Positions 38,349-51,207 of a stretch of 64,000 bases of DNA are shown here, piece after piece. Position numbers and translations under genes: made by a program. Source of the DNA: Phycisphaerales bacterium. Its GTDB lineage: Bacteria > Planctomycetota > Phycisphaerae > Phycisphaerales > UBA1924. How positions within the stretch are numbered: position 1 is the first letter of the stretch; each line of letters starts with the position of its first letter. The stretch spans positions 448,001 through 512,000 of the forward strand of contig OZ245777.1 in NCBI GenBank assembly GCA_965227775.1, written 5' to 3'. Under the pieces are notes generated by a model. It did no database searches and had not been told where the DNA came from. It saw only the letters and a program-made list of their open reading frames with translations.

Positions 38349-38873
38349 CTACGAGGCCTCGTCGCTGCTGGGCCCATAGATCGAGGGCACCTTCACGCCC
38401 AGCTGGCGGAAGTACACGCTGAGGATCGCCCGGTGGTGGATGCTGTGGCTGATGACCCAGGCGCGGAACGCCGCGACGCGGGGCAGGCTGAAGAGGGCGG
38501 TGCCGTTGTCGCGCAGCTCCCAGGGTTCCATCAGCTTCTCGTCCTTGGCAGTCTCGATTGCCTTGGCGCCCGCGGCGACGTTGGCGTCGAACAGCTCGAG
38601 CATTGCTGCGACGCTTGTGAGCGTGGGCGTGTCGTAGGCCTCGCCGCCGGGCGGATTCATGTCGAAGAAGGGCTCGTGAAGGATGTTGGCCGCCCAGCCG
38701 GGCATCTCGCACAGGTGGGCGCCGTTCCAGGCGAGCGTGTGGCTGCGGTCGTCCATTTTCCAGTCGAGCCTGTCTTCTGGGATTCGCTCCAAGAGCTTGC
38801 GCGTGGTGGCCATCTCGTGGGTGAACTCTGGAAGGGTCATCTGGGCGTACTGGCCGATGGGCTGGCTGGACAT
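38349..38873 (-). CDS. DinB/YfiT-family protein
   Basis: '[13 protein letters not shown]', 'AHL', 'SHSIHHRA...YFR' metal-binding His pattern. Confidence 0.88.
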   Translation of the reverse strand: MSSQPIGQYAQMTLPEFTHEMATTRKLLERIPEDRLDWKMDDRSHTLAWNGAHLCEMPGWAANILHEPFFDMNPPGGEAYDTPTLTSVAAMLELFDANVAAGAKAIETAKDEKLMEPWELRDNGTALFSLPRVAAFRAWVISHSIHHRAILSVYFRQLGVKVPSIYGPSSDEAS

Positions 38874-39063
38874 GTGGGGTCTCCCGTTTTTTCAGCGTAT
38901 CCAGGTGGGCTGCGAGGCGGGGTTGGAGCTGGTGCGAGGGCTCTCCACCTCTCGAGGCGGGAACACGGCAGGTTCGGGCGGTGATCGCAGCGTGGGCCGC
39001 GGCTTTCCTATCATTGGTGGAGAGAGTCCGCACCCCTTTTTGACCGCGAGGGACGCTTCATTG

Positions 39064-42000
<2,937 letters not shown>

Positions 42001-42045
42001 GTTCGACGCTCACGATCCGGCCGTCCGAGTGCCGATTTCTTGGGC

Positions 42046-42906
42046 ATGAAGATCCTGACCACCGCGATCGGACTCATGGCTCTTACCTTGGTGCTCGGGG
42101 TACACGCCGGCGGGCGCCAGGACTCAAAGATCCTCGAACGACACGAGTCGGGACCGTGGACGTTCGAGGTGTCTTTGATCTTGGGGACCGGCGAGAGGCT
42201 CGCCCGCATTCACCACGGCAACGACGTGCTCTGGGAAGGCGAGGGCATGTACATGGGCTGGGGATTTGAGGATGCCGAGGGCGAGCTTCGCGGCGTTGGC
42301 GACGACATCACGGGCGACGGAACGCCGGACGTGGTCCTCTGCCACAACCGTGGCGACGCACGGGGGCGCAACACGGTTCACCTGGTCTTTGACCTCGAAT
42401 CGATGGAACGCTGCACGATTCATGCTCGGGTCCAGGAACTCGGCAACGGCCGCTTCGAGGATCGGGATGGGGATGGCGCCTTCGAGTTCTACGAGCGCGA
42501 GGCCATCCGATCCGATCGCTTGTCACAGGCGATCGGCGTCTGGAGCCAATGGCCAGAGGTGTGCTACGTCTTTCGCGACAATGACCCGATTCGGGGCGGC
42601 CGCTACGCGATCGACGTCGATCGCATGCGGCGACCTCCCTTGCATCCCGACACGCTGCAGAAGCTGATCCAGGAACGGAACACGCCCTGGGATGGCGACA
42701 GCCCGCACAACTACGAGATTGGCCATGCGGCAGAGCAGGTCTTGGGGATGCTCGCGGAAGGCAACCACGAGCAAGCGTGGCAGTACTGGAACGCGGTTCG
42801 GCCTTGCATAGAGGAGATTTGGTCGTTCGAAGAGACAACGAACGACCTGAAGAAGCTGATCGAGGAGGGCCCATATCGACTTCTTTTGGAGAGCACGCGG
42901 GGGTAG
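42046..42906 (+). CDS. Secreted hypothetical protein with DxxGDG-type motifs
   Basis: Signal peptide MKILTTAIGLMALTLVLGVHA; 'DITGDGTPD', 'EDRDGDG'. Confidence 0.7.
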   Translation: MKILTTAIGLMALTLVLGVHAGGRQDSKILERHESGPWTFEVSLILGTGERLARIHHGNDVLWEGEGMYMGWGFEDAEGELRGVGDDITGDGTPDVVLCHNRGDARGRNTVHLVFDLESMERCTIHARVQELGNGRFEDRDGDGAFEFYEREAIRSDRLSQAIGVWSQWPEVCYVFRDNDPIRGGRYAIDVDRMRRPPLHPDTLQKLIQERNTPWDGDSPHNYEIGHAAEQVLGMLAEGNHEQAWQYWNAVRPCIEEIWSFEETTNDLKKLIEEGPYRLLLESTRG

Positions 42907-42994
42907 TCGGGAAGCCAATCGTGGAGCAAGCGATCACGAGCCTGCTCCACGCTGTTCCGTAACAGGACGAGCACGAAGATTCCTAGCATGGCCG

Positions 42995-45196
42995 ATGATC
43001 ACGGCCATGCTTGTCGTTCTGGGCACCGTCGCTTCCACAAGTCTGGAAGATCCGGATCGATCTGCCCTGGTCGTTCCAGGCCATGCGTGGGCCGAGATCG
43101 ACGAGCATCTCGGGCTCGATGGAGCCAACCTCGGATACACCGCTGAAGAACTCTCGAGCTTCGGTCGTGATCTCCACGTTCTTCGCCCGGTGCTCAGGCA
43201 GTTTGCCGACGTGCGCCGGTCCTTGCGTTTCAGCGGGCGCTCCACCGACTTATTGCTGGACAACGCGATGTACGAGGACGAGTTCATCCGTCACGCGTTC
43301 GCACAGTTCCTCGACGAGAGCGTGGGACGTCGCATCCGCCTTCCGGGGCTCGACGCCCAGGGCACCAGCGGGGAGTTGCCAGATTCGTTCGATGCCTCGG
43401 CCCAGACCGGCGGATGGAACGTCTGGTGGCTCGAGGATCTGGACACAATGAACGCGTTGGTGTTCGCGCTCGATGAGATCGGGGCCAAGGACGTGCCCGG
43501 GCCACTGCTCGAGTTGACCGAGCCGGAGCAACGGCTGATCACCCGGCTGCTCGTGACGATCAGGGAGAGCACACGTTCCGTGACCAACGCGTTCGATCAA
43601 CCTTCGATCGCTCGGGCGAGGGAATCGGCGCAGGAGCAATTCGCCCACGACAGCGGCTATGCGGTCGCCATCGCACCGCGACTCGATTTGAAGGGGCAGT
43701 CGGTCGCGCGCCAACTGATGGACGTCGTGGGCACGACAGACCTCGGATACCTCGGCCACGCCGGCGTGTTTGCCGCCAAGAGCGTGCGCCTCGCGGTCGG
43801 CGAGTTCCACCGAGCGCAACCCGAGGGAGCGACGTTCACCGAGACCATCACCCTCGAGACCTCGGCCGGGCCGATCCTGATCGCTGGCGTGGGCGCGGAT
43901 GTTCACGCCCACGATCTTGCTCAAGGCCCGGCCCTCGTGATCGACTTCGGCGGCGATGATCGCTACGAGGGCGCGTTTGCTGTCAGCGACGGACTCCGCG
44001 ACCGCCCCGTATCAGTCTTGGTCGATCTTGGGGGACGCGACACGTACCTGCCGGGCGAACCAGAGGTGTGGATGCCCCGCGATGTTGCAGACGCCGAGAG
44101 CGAGGATCGATCCAGCCCGACGCTGGCGGCCGGCGTGTTCGGCCTTGGGATGTTGTGGGACCTCGGCGGCGAGAATGACACGTACGAGGCGATCGAGTCG
44201 TCCATGGGTGTCGGCATGCACGGCGTCGGCGTGCTGATCGACGACGGCGGGGACGACACGTACCTCGCCCGCAATAGCTGGGGTCAGGGTGTGGGGCACG
44301 TCGGGCTTGGGGCACTCATCGATCGCGGCGGCAACGATGCGTACACATCGGGGCGCAACTCACAGGCGCACGGCTCGACTCGGGGTGCCGGCGTCATCGT
44401 CGACCTCTCGGGCAACGACACGTACACCATCCCCGACACCACCGCGCGCAGCGAGTTGTATCTGGGCCGCGTGGTCGCGATGGGCCAGGGCTGCGGCTAT
44501 GGGCGACGAGCCGATCTGGGCGACAGCCGGTCGATGGCGGGCGGATTCGGCGTGCTCGTCGACGGCGCGGGTGACGACGAGTACAGCGCGATGGCATGGA
44601 GCCAGGGGGCAGGGTACTGGTGGGGCGTCGGCCTCCTCGAAGATCGCGGTGGCGACGACGTCTACCGCCAGGGCAAGTACAGCCAGGGCGCCGCGGCCCA
44701 CTTCGCCGTCGGCATCCACATCGATCTCCAGGGCAACGACACCTACAACGCGAACCCCGAACGGATGGTCAACCCATACACCGATCAGGAGCAGTGGATC
44801 GCCGAGAACCAATACGCGGGCCATGCTCGCGACGGGGCGTTGGGCATCTTTGTCGACGGCGCAGGAGATGACGCGTATGTCTTGCGCGCGAACTGCGCCG
44901 GGAGCGGCGACCTGAATTCGGTCGGCTTCTTCTGGGATCGATCCGGCAATGACCGCTACATAGGCCTGGAGATCAATCCGTCGCCCGGCAACGCGAACTG
45001 GAGCCGCCCGCCCCTGGGCACCATCACGATCTACCCCGAGTTGTTCCGGTCGTTTCGAGACGACTTGATGGCCTACGGCGTGTTCCTCGACACCGGCGGA
45101 ACCGACGTGTACGAGCGCCTCGAATCGCCCGCGCAAGATGAGCACGTGTGGCACGAGGCCCACCCGAACGGCCGCGCGGTAGGCATTGACCGCTAG
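42995..45196 (+). CDS. Secreted protein with about 12 DxxGxDxY repeats
   Basis: Short hydrophobic N-terminus; recurring VIDFGGDDRY, LVDLGGRDTY, LIDDGGDDTY, LIDRGGNDAY and similar. Confidence 0.8.
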   Translation: MITAMLVVLGTVASTSLEDPDRSALVVPGHAWAEIDEHLGLDGANLGYTAEELSSFGRDLHVLRPVLRQFADVRRSLRFSGRSTDLLLDNAMYEDEFIRHAFAQFLDESVGRRIRLPGLDAQGTSGELPDSFDASAQTGGWNVWWLEDLDTMNALVFALDEIGAKDVPGPLLELTEPEQRLITRLLVTIRESTRSVTNAFDQPSIARARESAQEQFAHDSGYAVAIAPRLDLKGQSVARQLMDVVGTTDLGYLGHAGVFAAKSVRLAVGEFHRAQPEGATFTETITLETSAGPILIAGVGADVHAHDLAQGPALVIDFGGDDRYEGAFAVSDGLRDRPVSVLVDLGGRDTYLPGEPEVWMPRDVADAESEDRSSPTLAAGVFGLGMLWDLGGENDTYEAIESSMGVGMHGVGVLIDDGGDDTYLARNSWGQGVGHVGLGALIDRGGNDAYTSGRNSQAHGSTRGAGVIVDLSGNDTYTIPDTTARSELYLGRVVAMGQGCGYGRRADLGDSRSMAGGFGVLVDGAGDDEYSAMAWSQGAGYWWGVGLLEDRGGDDVYRQGKYSQGAAAHFAVGIHIDLQGNDTYNANPERMVNPYTDQEQWIAENQYAGHARDGALGIFVDGAGDDAYVLRANCAGSGDLNSVGFFWDRSGNDRYIGLEINPSPGNANWSRPPLGTITIYPELFRSFRDDLMAYGVFLDTGGTDVYERLESPAQDEHVWHEAHPNGRAVGIDR

Positions 45197-45267
45197 GCGT
45201 CTGGCTTCGTCGTGGAGACAAATTCGCTCGAGCTTCGAGCCTTAAGAGGCAAACGCGAGACGAGCCC

Positions 45268-46191
45268 TTACCAGGAGTATCCCAGCTCGAGCAATGCAGG
45301 CTCCATGTGCGGTCGCATGCGCTCGAGTTGCTCGTCTGAGTTTGCGCCCTGCCGCTTGGCGAAACGTCCCTGATCGACACTCCCAACGAACCGATCGACC
45401 ATGCCATCATCAGGCAGGCCGGCGAACTCGAGGATCCGCGACATCGTCGGACCGGGGTCGGCCACGATGTCCTCATACCGGAAGATCAGCACGTTGGGCT
45501 CTTCGCCCCGGGCCTTGGCCTGCTCGACCATGGCGTTCACGTCCCGGAACGCGGTCAAGATCGTCGCCGACCATTGCTTGGCTCGCACAACATCGGGGTG
45601 GTCATGGCCCACCCACTCTCGCCAGCCGGGCGGCCTTGGTCCCCAGATCGGCAGCGGCTTTCCGAGCACTCGGCGACGAAACACATCGGCCGCACGACCG
45701 GCCTGCGCGGGCCACTCGTGCAGCGGCGTGCTCGCGGCGCGATGAAATGCGATGTGCAGCTTGCCCTTGCGTTGCTGCACGTCCGCGGTCGAGCGAACCA
45801 CGCTCCGGCCGTCACGCAACACGAGCAGGATCTTCGCCTGCGGGAACACCGCCCGCAGGAACGGAACGCGCAGGCAGTTGCTGGGCGTCTTCTCCATCAG
45901 CCGGGGCTTGCCTTGCTGGGCCTGAATCTTCAAGAACGCTCGGTGGATCCGAGCGATCGTGCGTGGCGTCGCATCCGCCTCCGTTAAACGGTCATCCGGT
46001 CGGTACGCATTGCCGCGGATCCAGATATGCCGCGGCTCGTTCGCGCTGGCAACCTGCGGATGCTGGCTGAACATCTTGTACAGCCAGGTGGTGCCGCTCC
46101 GCTGGGTACCAACCAGGAGGATCGGACTCGGGTCGAGCGAGACACCCTCAGAATGCACGCTGGAATGTGGAGGCCCGCCGTTGCCCTGCAT
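45268..46191 (-). CDS. Sulfotransferase
   Basis: PAPS-binding 'LVGTQRSGTT', 'EKTP', 'LRDGRSVVRS', 'RYEDIV'. Start approximate. Confidence 0.88.
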   Translation of the reverse strand: MQGNGGPPHSSVHSEGVSLDPSPILLVGTQRSGTTWLYKMFSQHPQVASANEPRHIWIRGNAYRPDDRLTEADATPRTIARIHRAFLKIQAQQGKPRLMEKTPSNCLRVPFLRAVFPQAKILLVLRDGRSVVRSTADVQQRKGKLHIAFHRAASTPLHEWPAQAGRAADVFRRRVLGKPLPIWGPRPPGWREWVGHDHPDVVRAKQWSATILTAFRDVNAMVEQAKARGEEPNVLIFRYEDIVADPGPTMSRILEFAGLPDDGMVDRFVGSVDQGRFAKRQGANSDEQLERMRPHMEPALLELGYSW

Positions 46192-46242
46192 GGCAGGAGC
46201 GTAGGCAAACTTCGCCTCCCGACTTACCGGCAACCCTCGTCG

Positions 46243-47574
46243 CTACGATGCGCTCGAGGCACCACCGGGTGGGCGATCGATGCGCCTCATCGGTGCGGGT
46301 CGCAGGTACGTCAGGCTCCGCCACAACCACTCCATCGGGCCAAAGCGGAATTGTGAGAGCCAGATCGGGCTGATGATGAGCTGCAGCGCCCACACGCCCA
46401 GGACAATCGGCACGAGCTGGCTCCGGCTCAGCTCACCGAAGTACCCCAGGCCCCAGCCGTAGAAGATGAAAGCGCCGATGAGCGATTGCATGAGGTAGTT
46501 GGTCAGTGCCATCCGGCCGACCGAAGCGAGCGCGTGGCGCAACCAACCAATCGCCCCACTCTTGCAGAGCAACATGATCAAGGCAATCCAGGCGAGCGCA
46601 ACACCAATGCTCCCAAGGTAGTTGAACCAGCCCACCACCCCGAAGAAGGCCACGGGATCAAACCCGTTCGCACGGTTTACGAGCACGCCAGCGACCACGA
46701 GGCCGCCGCCGAAGATCGCGCTCGCAGCGAACATGCCGGCATAGAAACGCATCGATCGCGCTGCCTTGAAGACGCCCGCCTGGTGCAAGGCCATGCCGAG
46801 CAGCATGAGTGCCCCAACGCGCCACAAGACGTAGGTCGCGAACACCCAGGTCTGCATGAAGATGACACTGGGTGCTTGGCCGAGAGCCCGCGCGATGAAA
46901 CCACCAAGCGCGATGTCTCGCTCGTCCTTGAGCGAAGACTCGGTGGGATAGAACATAATGCTCGTGCCCTTCCACGCTTCGGCCAACCCGCCGCTCTCAG
47001 CATTCCGCATAGCCTCAAACATCAGCTGCTGGAGACCGTTCAAGGCGAGCCCGACAATAACGAGCAGCGAGGCAATAAGCACGAGCCACATCCGCCGGAG
47101 CTTGCGCAGCGGATAGACCATCATCCCGACGAGCGCATACGCAACCAGGATGTCGCCGAACCAGATCACGTACGCATGGATCATGCCGATCAGCAGGAGC
47201 CAGCCCATACGCCGGTAGTGCACGCCAGCAGCGCTCCGGCCCGTGGCATCCATTCTCTCGGCCATCAGCGCCACGCCAGCTCCGAACAGCATCGAGAAGA
47301 TCGCCATCATCTTCATGTCGAAGAGAAGGTGGCTGAATAGCCAGGTGAGGTAGTCGGCGCCCTCAAAGCCACCGCCGGCGGGTGGATTGAAGAACGCCGT
47401 GCCGGTGAAGGCGAAGATCGGGATATTCATCACGAAGATGCCCAGCAGGGCAACGCCACGGAGCGTGTCGATGGAACTGATGCGATCCTGGCGAACCGTC
47501 GGGCCGAGCGGCCCTGGCTCAGGAGGCGGCGTCTCAAAGGACCGTGCGGCAGCGACCGGGGGCTGGTCTTGCAT
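46243..47574 (-). CDS. DUF418-family membrane protein
   Basis: 'RISSIDTLRGVALLGI', 'FSMLFGAG', 'WFGDIL', 'GRMALTNYLMQS', 'GPMEWLWRSLTY'. Confidence 0.9.
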   Translation of the reverse strand: MQDQPPVAAARSFETPPPEPGPLGPTVRQDRISSIDTLRGVALLGIFVMNIPIFAFTGTAFFNPPAGGGFEGADYLTWLFSHLLFDMKMMAIFSMLFGAGVALMAERMDATGRSAAGVHYRRMGWLLLIGMIHAYVIWFGDILVAYALVGMMVYPLRKLRRMWLVLIASLLVIVGLALNGLQQLMFEAMRNAESGGLAEAWKGTSIMFYPTESSLKDERDIALGGFIARALGQAPSVIFMQTWVFATYVLWRVGALMLLGMALHQAGVFKAARSMRFYAGMFAASAIFGGGLVVAGVLVNRANGFDPVAFFGVVGWFNYLGSIGVALAWIALIMLLCKSGAIGWLRHALASVGRMALTNYLMQSLIGAFIFYGWGLGYFGELSRSQLVPIVLGVWALQLIISPIWLSQFRFGPMEWLWRSLTYLRPAPMRRIDRPPGGASSAS

Positions 47575-47633
47575 CGCCCATGATACCGACGGGGGAGTTA
47601 CCCAGTCTCGCACGAAGGTCTACACAAACGCAA

Positions 47634-47658
47634 GAACCCCGGCGAGCTGCCGGGGTTC
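47634..47658 (-). terminator. Intrinsic terminator after tRNA-Val
   Basis: Minus strand GAACCCCGGC-AGCTC-GCCGGGGTTC followed by TTGCGTTTGT. Confidence 0.7.
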
Positions 47659-47672
47659 CGATCAAAACAAAA

Positions 47673-47746
47673 TGAGCGCAACAGGACTCGAACCTGTGAC
47701 CTCTGCCATGTGACGGCAGCGCTCTAGCCAACTGAGCTATGCGCCC
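47673..47746 (-). tRNA. tRNA-Val (CAC)
   Basis: Minus strand GGGCGCATAGCTCAGTTGGCTAGAGCGCTGCC-GTCACAT-GGCAGAGGTCACAGGTTCGAGTCCTGTTGCGCTCA. Confidence 0.95.
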
Positions 47747-47775
47747 GAGCTGGCAAGTATATCCGAGGTGCCGCC

Positions 47776-49254
47776 TCACGTCGCGGGCGTGGCCGCCCTC
47801 CGCCGCAGGGCCAGCACGGTGCGATCGTCGTTCGCCGCGGCCCCTCCTGTGAAGCGATCGACCTCCGCAAGAAGCCCGTCAACAACCGCCTGCGGCCCGC
47901 TCGGGGCCAGCCGCTGGACGAGCTCGATGATGCGATCCACCCCGAATTGGACGCCGTCCTCCCCCGCCGCTTCGGCGTTGCCATCGGTCGCCACGAGCAA
48001 CAGATCTCCGGGCTCCAGCGCGACGGAGCGTGCGGCGTACTCCGGCAGCTCGGCCAAGATGCCCAGCGGCACGGTGTCCGTCGGCAGACGCTCGACCCGG
48101 CCCGTTGCCGCCCGAACGACGAGCTGCGGGTCCTGCCCCGCGCTCACCATCCGCACGACGCCGCTGGCTTCATCGAGCACGCCCATCCACGCCGTGACGA
48201 AGCGACCATCGGGCAGGCTGTCATGCATGCGCTGGTTCAGCACGCTCGTGATCCGGACCACGTCGTGCGCAGGCTCGTGCTGCCAAGCCAGCTTGGCCAT
48301 GGCCTGCAGCTGCGAGACAGCGAGCGCCGGTCCGATGCCATGACCCGTCGCGTCGGCCACCATCATCGAAACACCGCCGCCGTCCAATATCGTGAGATCG
48401 AACGTGTCACCGCCCGTCTCCTCGGCGGGAATGCTCGTGCCGGCAAGCTCGTAGCAATCGAGGGCCGGCAGCTCGCGCGGCAGCGCCGCTTGCTGGATAC
48501 GCCGCGCAACCTGGAGGTTGTCGCGCATCTGCCGGTTCAACTGCTCTTGCACGCCCTCAAACCGATTCATGAGCGCGTTGAGACCGAGCCCTGATATCCC
48601 GAGCACGCCGATCGCCGCGACGCCGGCGAAGATCAGCACCCATTGCGTGCTCTCGCGCCCAACGTTGACGACGCTCGCCACGGGCTGATGCACGAGCAGG
48701 CGGAGCCCATCATCACCCACCGGCTGCGTGCCCACAAAGTGATAATCGCTCGTGAACCGAACGACGCCCGTGCTTGGCATGCCGAGAGAGCCCGCTTGCA
48801 TGAGCGGCACCGACTCGTCGCGATGCTCCAGACTCGCTGCGAGTGCTTTGCCGTCAAAGCTGAAGCTACGCAGATCCGGATTCTCGCGAATTTCCGGATG
48901 GCACAGCAACCGACCATCGGGCTCGACGAGGCACACGAAGCCGCCGGCGGGAAGATCGCTGAGCGCCTCGCCTTCGATGATCCGCTGGAGGCGATCCCAC
49001 TCCTCGCTTCCAAACTCGACATCGCCCATCGTTTCGGGCAACAAGTTGGCGACGTTGGCGGCAATCTCGGCATTCTGTTGCTGGACCAGTTCTTCAACAA
49101 CACCCGCGAACGAACGCTGCACGATGCGAAACGTCACAATCCAACCGATGCTCAAGACGATGGCTTGCAATGCGAGGGCCGACGCAAGCAAGGCGCGCCG
49201 GCTCTTGGGCCGAGCGAGAATGCGAATGATCTTTCGACTGCGCAGGCCAACCAC
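47776..49254 (-). CDS. Membrane-bound PP2C/SpoIIE (RsbU-like) phosphatase with extracytoplasmic Cache-like sensor
   Basis: TM, sensor domain, TM; then 'ARRIQ', 'GGDTFD', 'VADATGHG', 'LVATDG', 'DDRT'. Confidence 0.88.
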   Translation of the reverse strand: MVGLRSRKIIRILARPKSRRALLASALALQAIVLSIGWIVTFRIVQRSFAGVVEELVQQQNAEIAANVANLLPETMGDVEFGSEEWDRLQRIIEGEALSDLPAGGFVCLVEPDGRLLCHPEIRENPDLRSFSFDGKALAASLEHRDESVPLMQAGSLGMPSTGVVRFTSDYHFVGTQPVGDDGLRLLVHQPVASVVNVGRESTQWVLIFAGVAAIGVLGISGLGLNALMNRFEGVQEQLNRQMRDNLQVARRIQQAALPRELPALDCYELAGTSIPAEETGGDTFDLTILDGGGVSMMVADATGHGIGPALAVSQLQAMAKLAWQHEPAHDVVRITSVLNQRMHDSLPDGRFVTAWMGVLDEASGVVRMVSAGQDPQLVVRAATGRVERLPTDTVPLGILAELPEYAARSVALEPGDLLLVATDGNAEAAGEDGVQFGVDRIIELVQRLAPSGPQAVVDGLLAEVDRFTGGAAANDDRTVLALRRRAATPAT

Positions 49255-49347
49255 GACGCAACTCCCAGTGCGCTCAGCGCACTCGGAAGCCCGAATCGCT
49301 GCGAACGCTCGACTGTTCCCGAGTTTCAGATACGGCCAGAACCCGGT

Positions 49348-50034
49348 TCAGGCGTGCCGGAGGTTCTCGCCGGTCTCGCGGAAGATCAGGTCGCGGCAGA
49401 TGCCCGCCATGACATCGGCGGTCCGCTCCAGCTCCCGGCCCACCCGGTAGATGTAGAGCCCGGCCAGATCGCCCTGTGGCTCGTTGTTGATGAGCTCGAG
49501 GGTTTCGGCGAACAGGGTCTTCTCGAGGTCGTCGATGACCTCGTCCTCGGTGATAATCTCACGAGCAGCCGCCAGGTCTTCATCGAGCACGGCTCGCAGC
49601 GTCTTGTGACAGCACGCCGGAACGCGGTGGGCCATCTCGATGAGCGACGTCGGCCAGCGCGGCTCGAGCCCGGCCTTGACCATCCGCGACGCGCACTTGG
49701 CGATGCTGGTCGCGTGGTCGCCCACACGCTCGACCTGGGTGTTGACACGCAGGACGAACAAAACCTCGCGGAAGTCGCTGGCGACCGGGTGCTGCATCAG
49801 CAGCAGGTCGAGGCAGGCCTGCTCGATCTCGAGTTCCTGCCGATCGATGACATCATCCTGCTTGCGAACGGCCTTGGCCTGCGGCCTGTCAAGCCGCAGT
49901 AAGGCGTCGAGGGCCTGCTCGATCATCGCCGTCGCGTACGACGCTTCCTTAATCAGCTGCCGCTTGAGGCTGACGATCTGCCTGGGCAGGCCCTGCCCGC
50001 CGATCGGTCGATCGAATGCCGGTCGAGATTCCAT
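49348..50034 (-). CDS. phoU: Phosphate signaling protein PhoU
   Basis: Two PhoU repeats: 'DDVIDRQELEIE', 'QHPVASDFR', 'ERVGDHA', 'DEVID', 'LERTAD'. Confidence 0.9.
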   Translation of the reverse strand: MESRPAFDRPIGGQGLPRQIVSLKRQLIKEASYATAMIEQALDALLRLDRPQAKAVRKQDDVIDRQELEIEQACLDLLLMQHPVASDFREVLFVLRVNTQVERVGDHATSIAKCASRMVKAGLEPRWPTSLIEMAHRVPACCHKTLRAVLDEDLAAAREIITEDEVIDDLEKTLFAETLELINNEPQGDLAGLYIYRVGRELERTADVMAGICRDLIFRETGENLRHA

Positions 50035-50140
50035 CAACAAGCCACCCCTCCGTGGAACGAGGCGGTCTCCGCATGCTGGATGCCCCGGAGACCATCGGTG
50101 ATTCTAGGCATCACGCTCCATCCGGCGTACGCTCTCACAG

Positions 50141-51151
50141 ATGCCTCCGCCCCCGCAGACCAGCCTCGAGAGCCCGCCATCCGCCCGAGAGTCCATCTCG
50201 GATTCCGAGCCAGCAGACGCACGGGGAGCGACAAGCGAACCCAGACAAAGCGCAGCGAAGCCTGCCCCGCCGGGTCCCGTGCGACCCGCGCGACACATCG
50301 CCATCGCCACACCTCCCAGGCGCGGGCGTCTCGCATCAGCCGTTGTCGAGGCGTGGAAGCGAACGATCCGCCGTGTGCTCAGGCCAGCACTTGTACCACT
50401 CGAAGACGCGATCGCTGGCGCTGGCGGCTGGCACGCATGGCGCGGCGGGCTCGACGGCAGCCTGACGAGCGCAATCGGCGATGTCCACATCGAGCGACGC
50501 CTGCGCGACGAGCTCGCGTATTGGGTCAAGGCCGTCCGCGTCCCGGGTGCACACGAGGCCATCGATCCCACGTTCGGCGACTTCCATGACGTCTTCGCCC
50601 GCTGGCAGACCGATCGATGTAAGGAACTCGCCGCCTGGTTGGAAGTGCCCGACGTCGCCGCATGGCAGCTCAAGACTGCCGCGCTCGAGATTGGAGGCGG
50701 GCCGCACCCGATGGTCGCCCAGGGCCGCTGGCGATTCGCCGCCGCGGTCGACCCGCTCAACGACGGGTATGCCGCGTGCGACCTGTTCCCACCGGGCCCG
50801 CTGGGCTTCACATCCATCGCCGCCTCGGGCGAGCAGATGCCCGTAACGAGCGCGAGCTTCGACGTTGTGGTGTGCGACAACTGCCTCGACCACGTGGCAG
50901 ACCCGGGTCGCGTCGTCGCCGAGATCGCACGCGTGCTCGCACCCGGCGGCCACGCCTGGATCCTCGTCGACTTGCGCACCACGATCGACGACATGCACCC
51001 CCACGCCTTCACGCCCGAGCTGCTGGCCGCAATGCTCACCAGCCAGGGCTTGGACGTCGTCCGCGAACGCATCGGCGAGCACGCAAGCCATCCGCTCGCG
51101 CACGGCGAGGTCCGCGTCCTGGCGCGAAAGCACCACGATCGGCCAGGGTAA
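50141..51151 (+). CDS. Class I SAM-dependent methyltransferase
   Basis: 'ALEIGGG', 'SFDVV..NCLDHV.DP...EIARVLAPGG'. Start uncertain and may be further downstream. Confidence 0.8.
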   Translation: MPPPPQTSLESPPSARESISDSEPADARGATSEPRQSAAKPAPPGPVRPARHIAIATPPRRGRLASAVVEAWKRTIRRVLRPALVPLEDAIAGAGGWHAWRGGLDGSLTSAIGDVHIERRLRDELAYWVKAVRVPGAHEAIDPTFGDFHDVFARWQTDRCKELAAWLEVPDVAAWQLKTAALEIGGGPHPMVAQGRWRFAAAVDPLNDGYAACDLFPPGPLGFTSIAASGEQMPVTSASFDVVVCDNCLDHVADPGRVVAEIARVLAPGGHAWILVDLRTTIDDMHPHAFTPELLAAMLTSQGLDVVRERIGEHASHPLAHGEVRVLARKHHDRPG

Positions 51152-51156
51152 ATCGA

Positions 51157-51181
51157 AAACCGCCGGGAAACCCGGCGGTTT
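51157..51181. terminator. Bidirectional intrinsic terminator
   Basis: AAACCGCCGGG-AAA-CCCGGCGGTTT between convergent genes. Confidence 0.8.
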
Positions 51182-51207
51182 GTGAAGAGAGCGATCGAGC
51201 GGACGAG

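Noticed and set aside
38874..39063. Possible glycine riboswitch upstream of gcvP (CTCTCCACC/GGTGGAGAG complementarity)
   Set aside because: The hallmark GGAGA...CCGAAG...CTCTCAGG order is absent; only a 9-bp inverted repeat is present.
42001..47672. Possible genomic island at the 3' end of tRNA-Val
   Set aside because: No integrase and no duplicated tRNA 3' end (att) that I could find; only accessory-looking genes.
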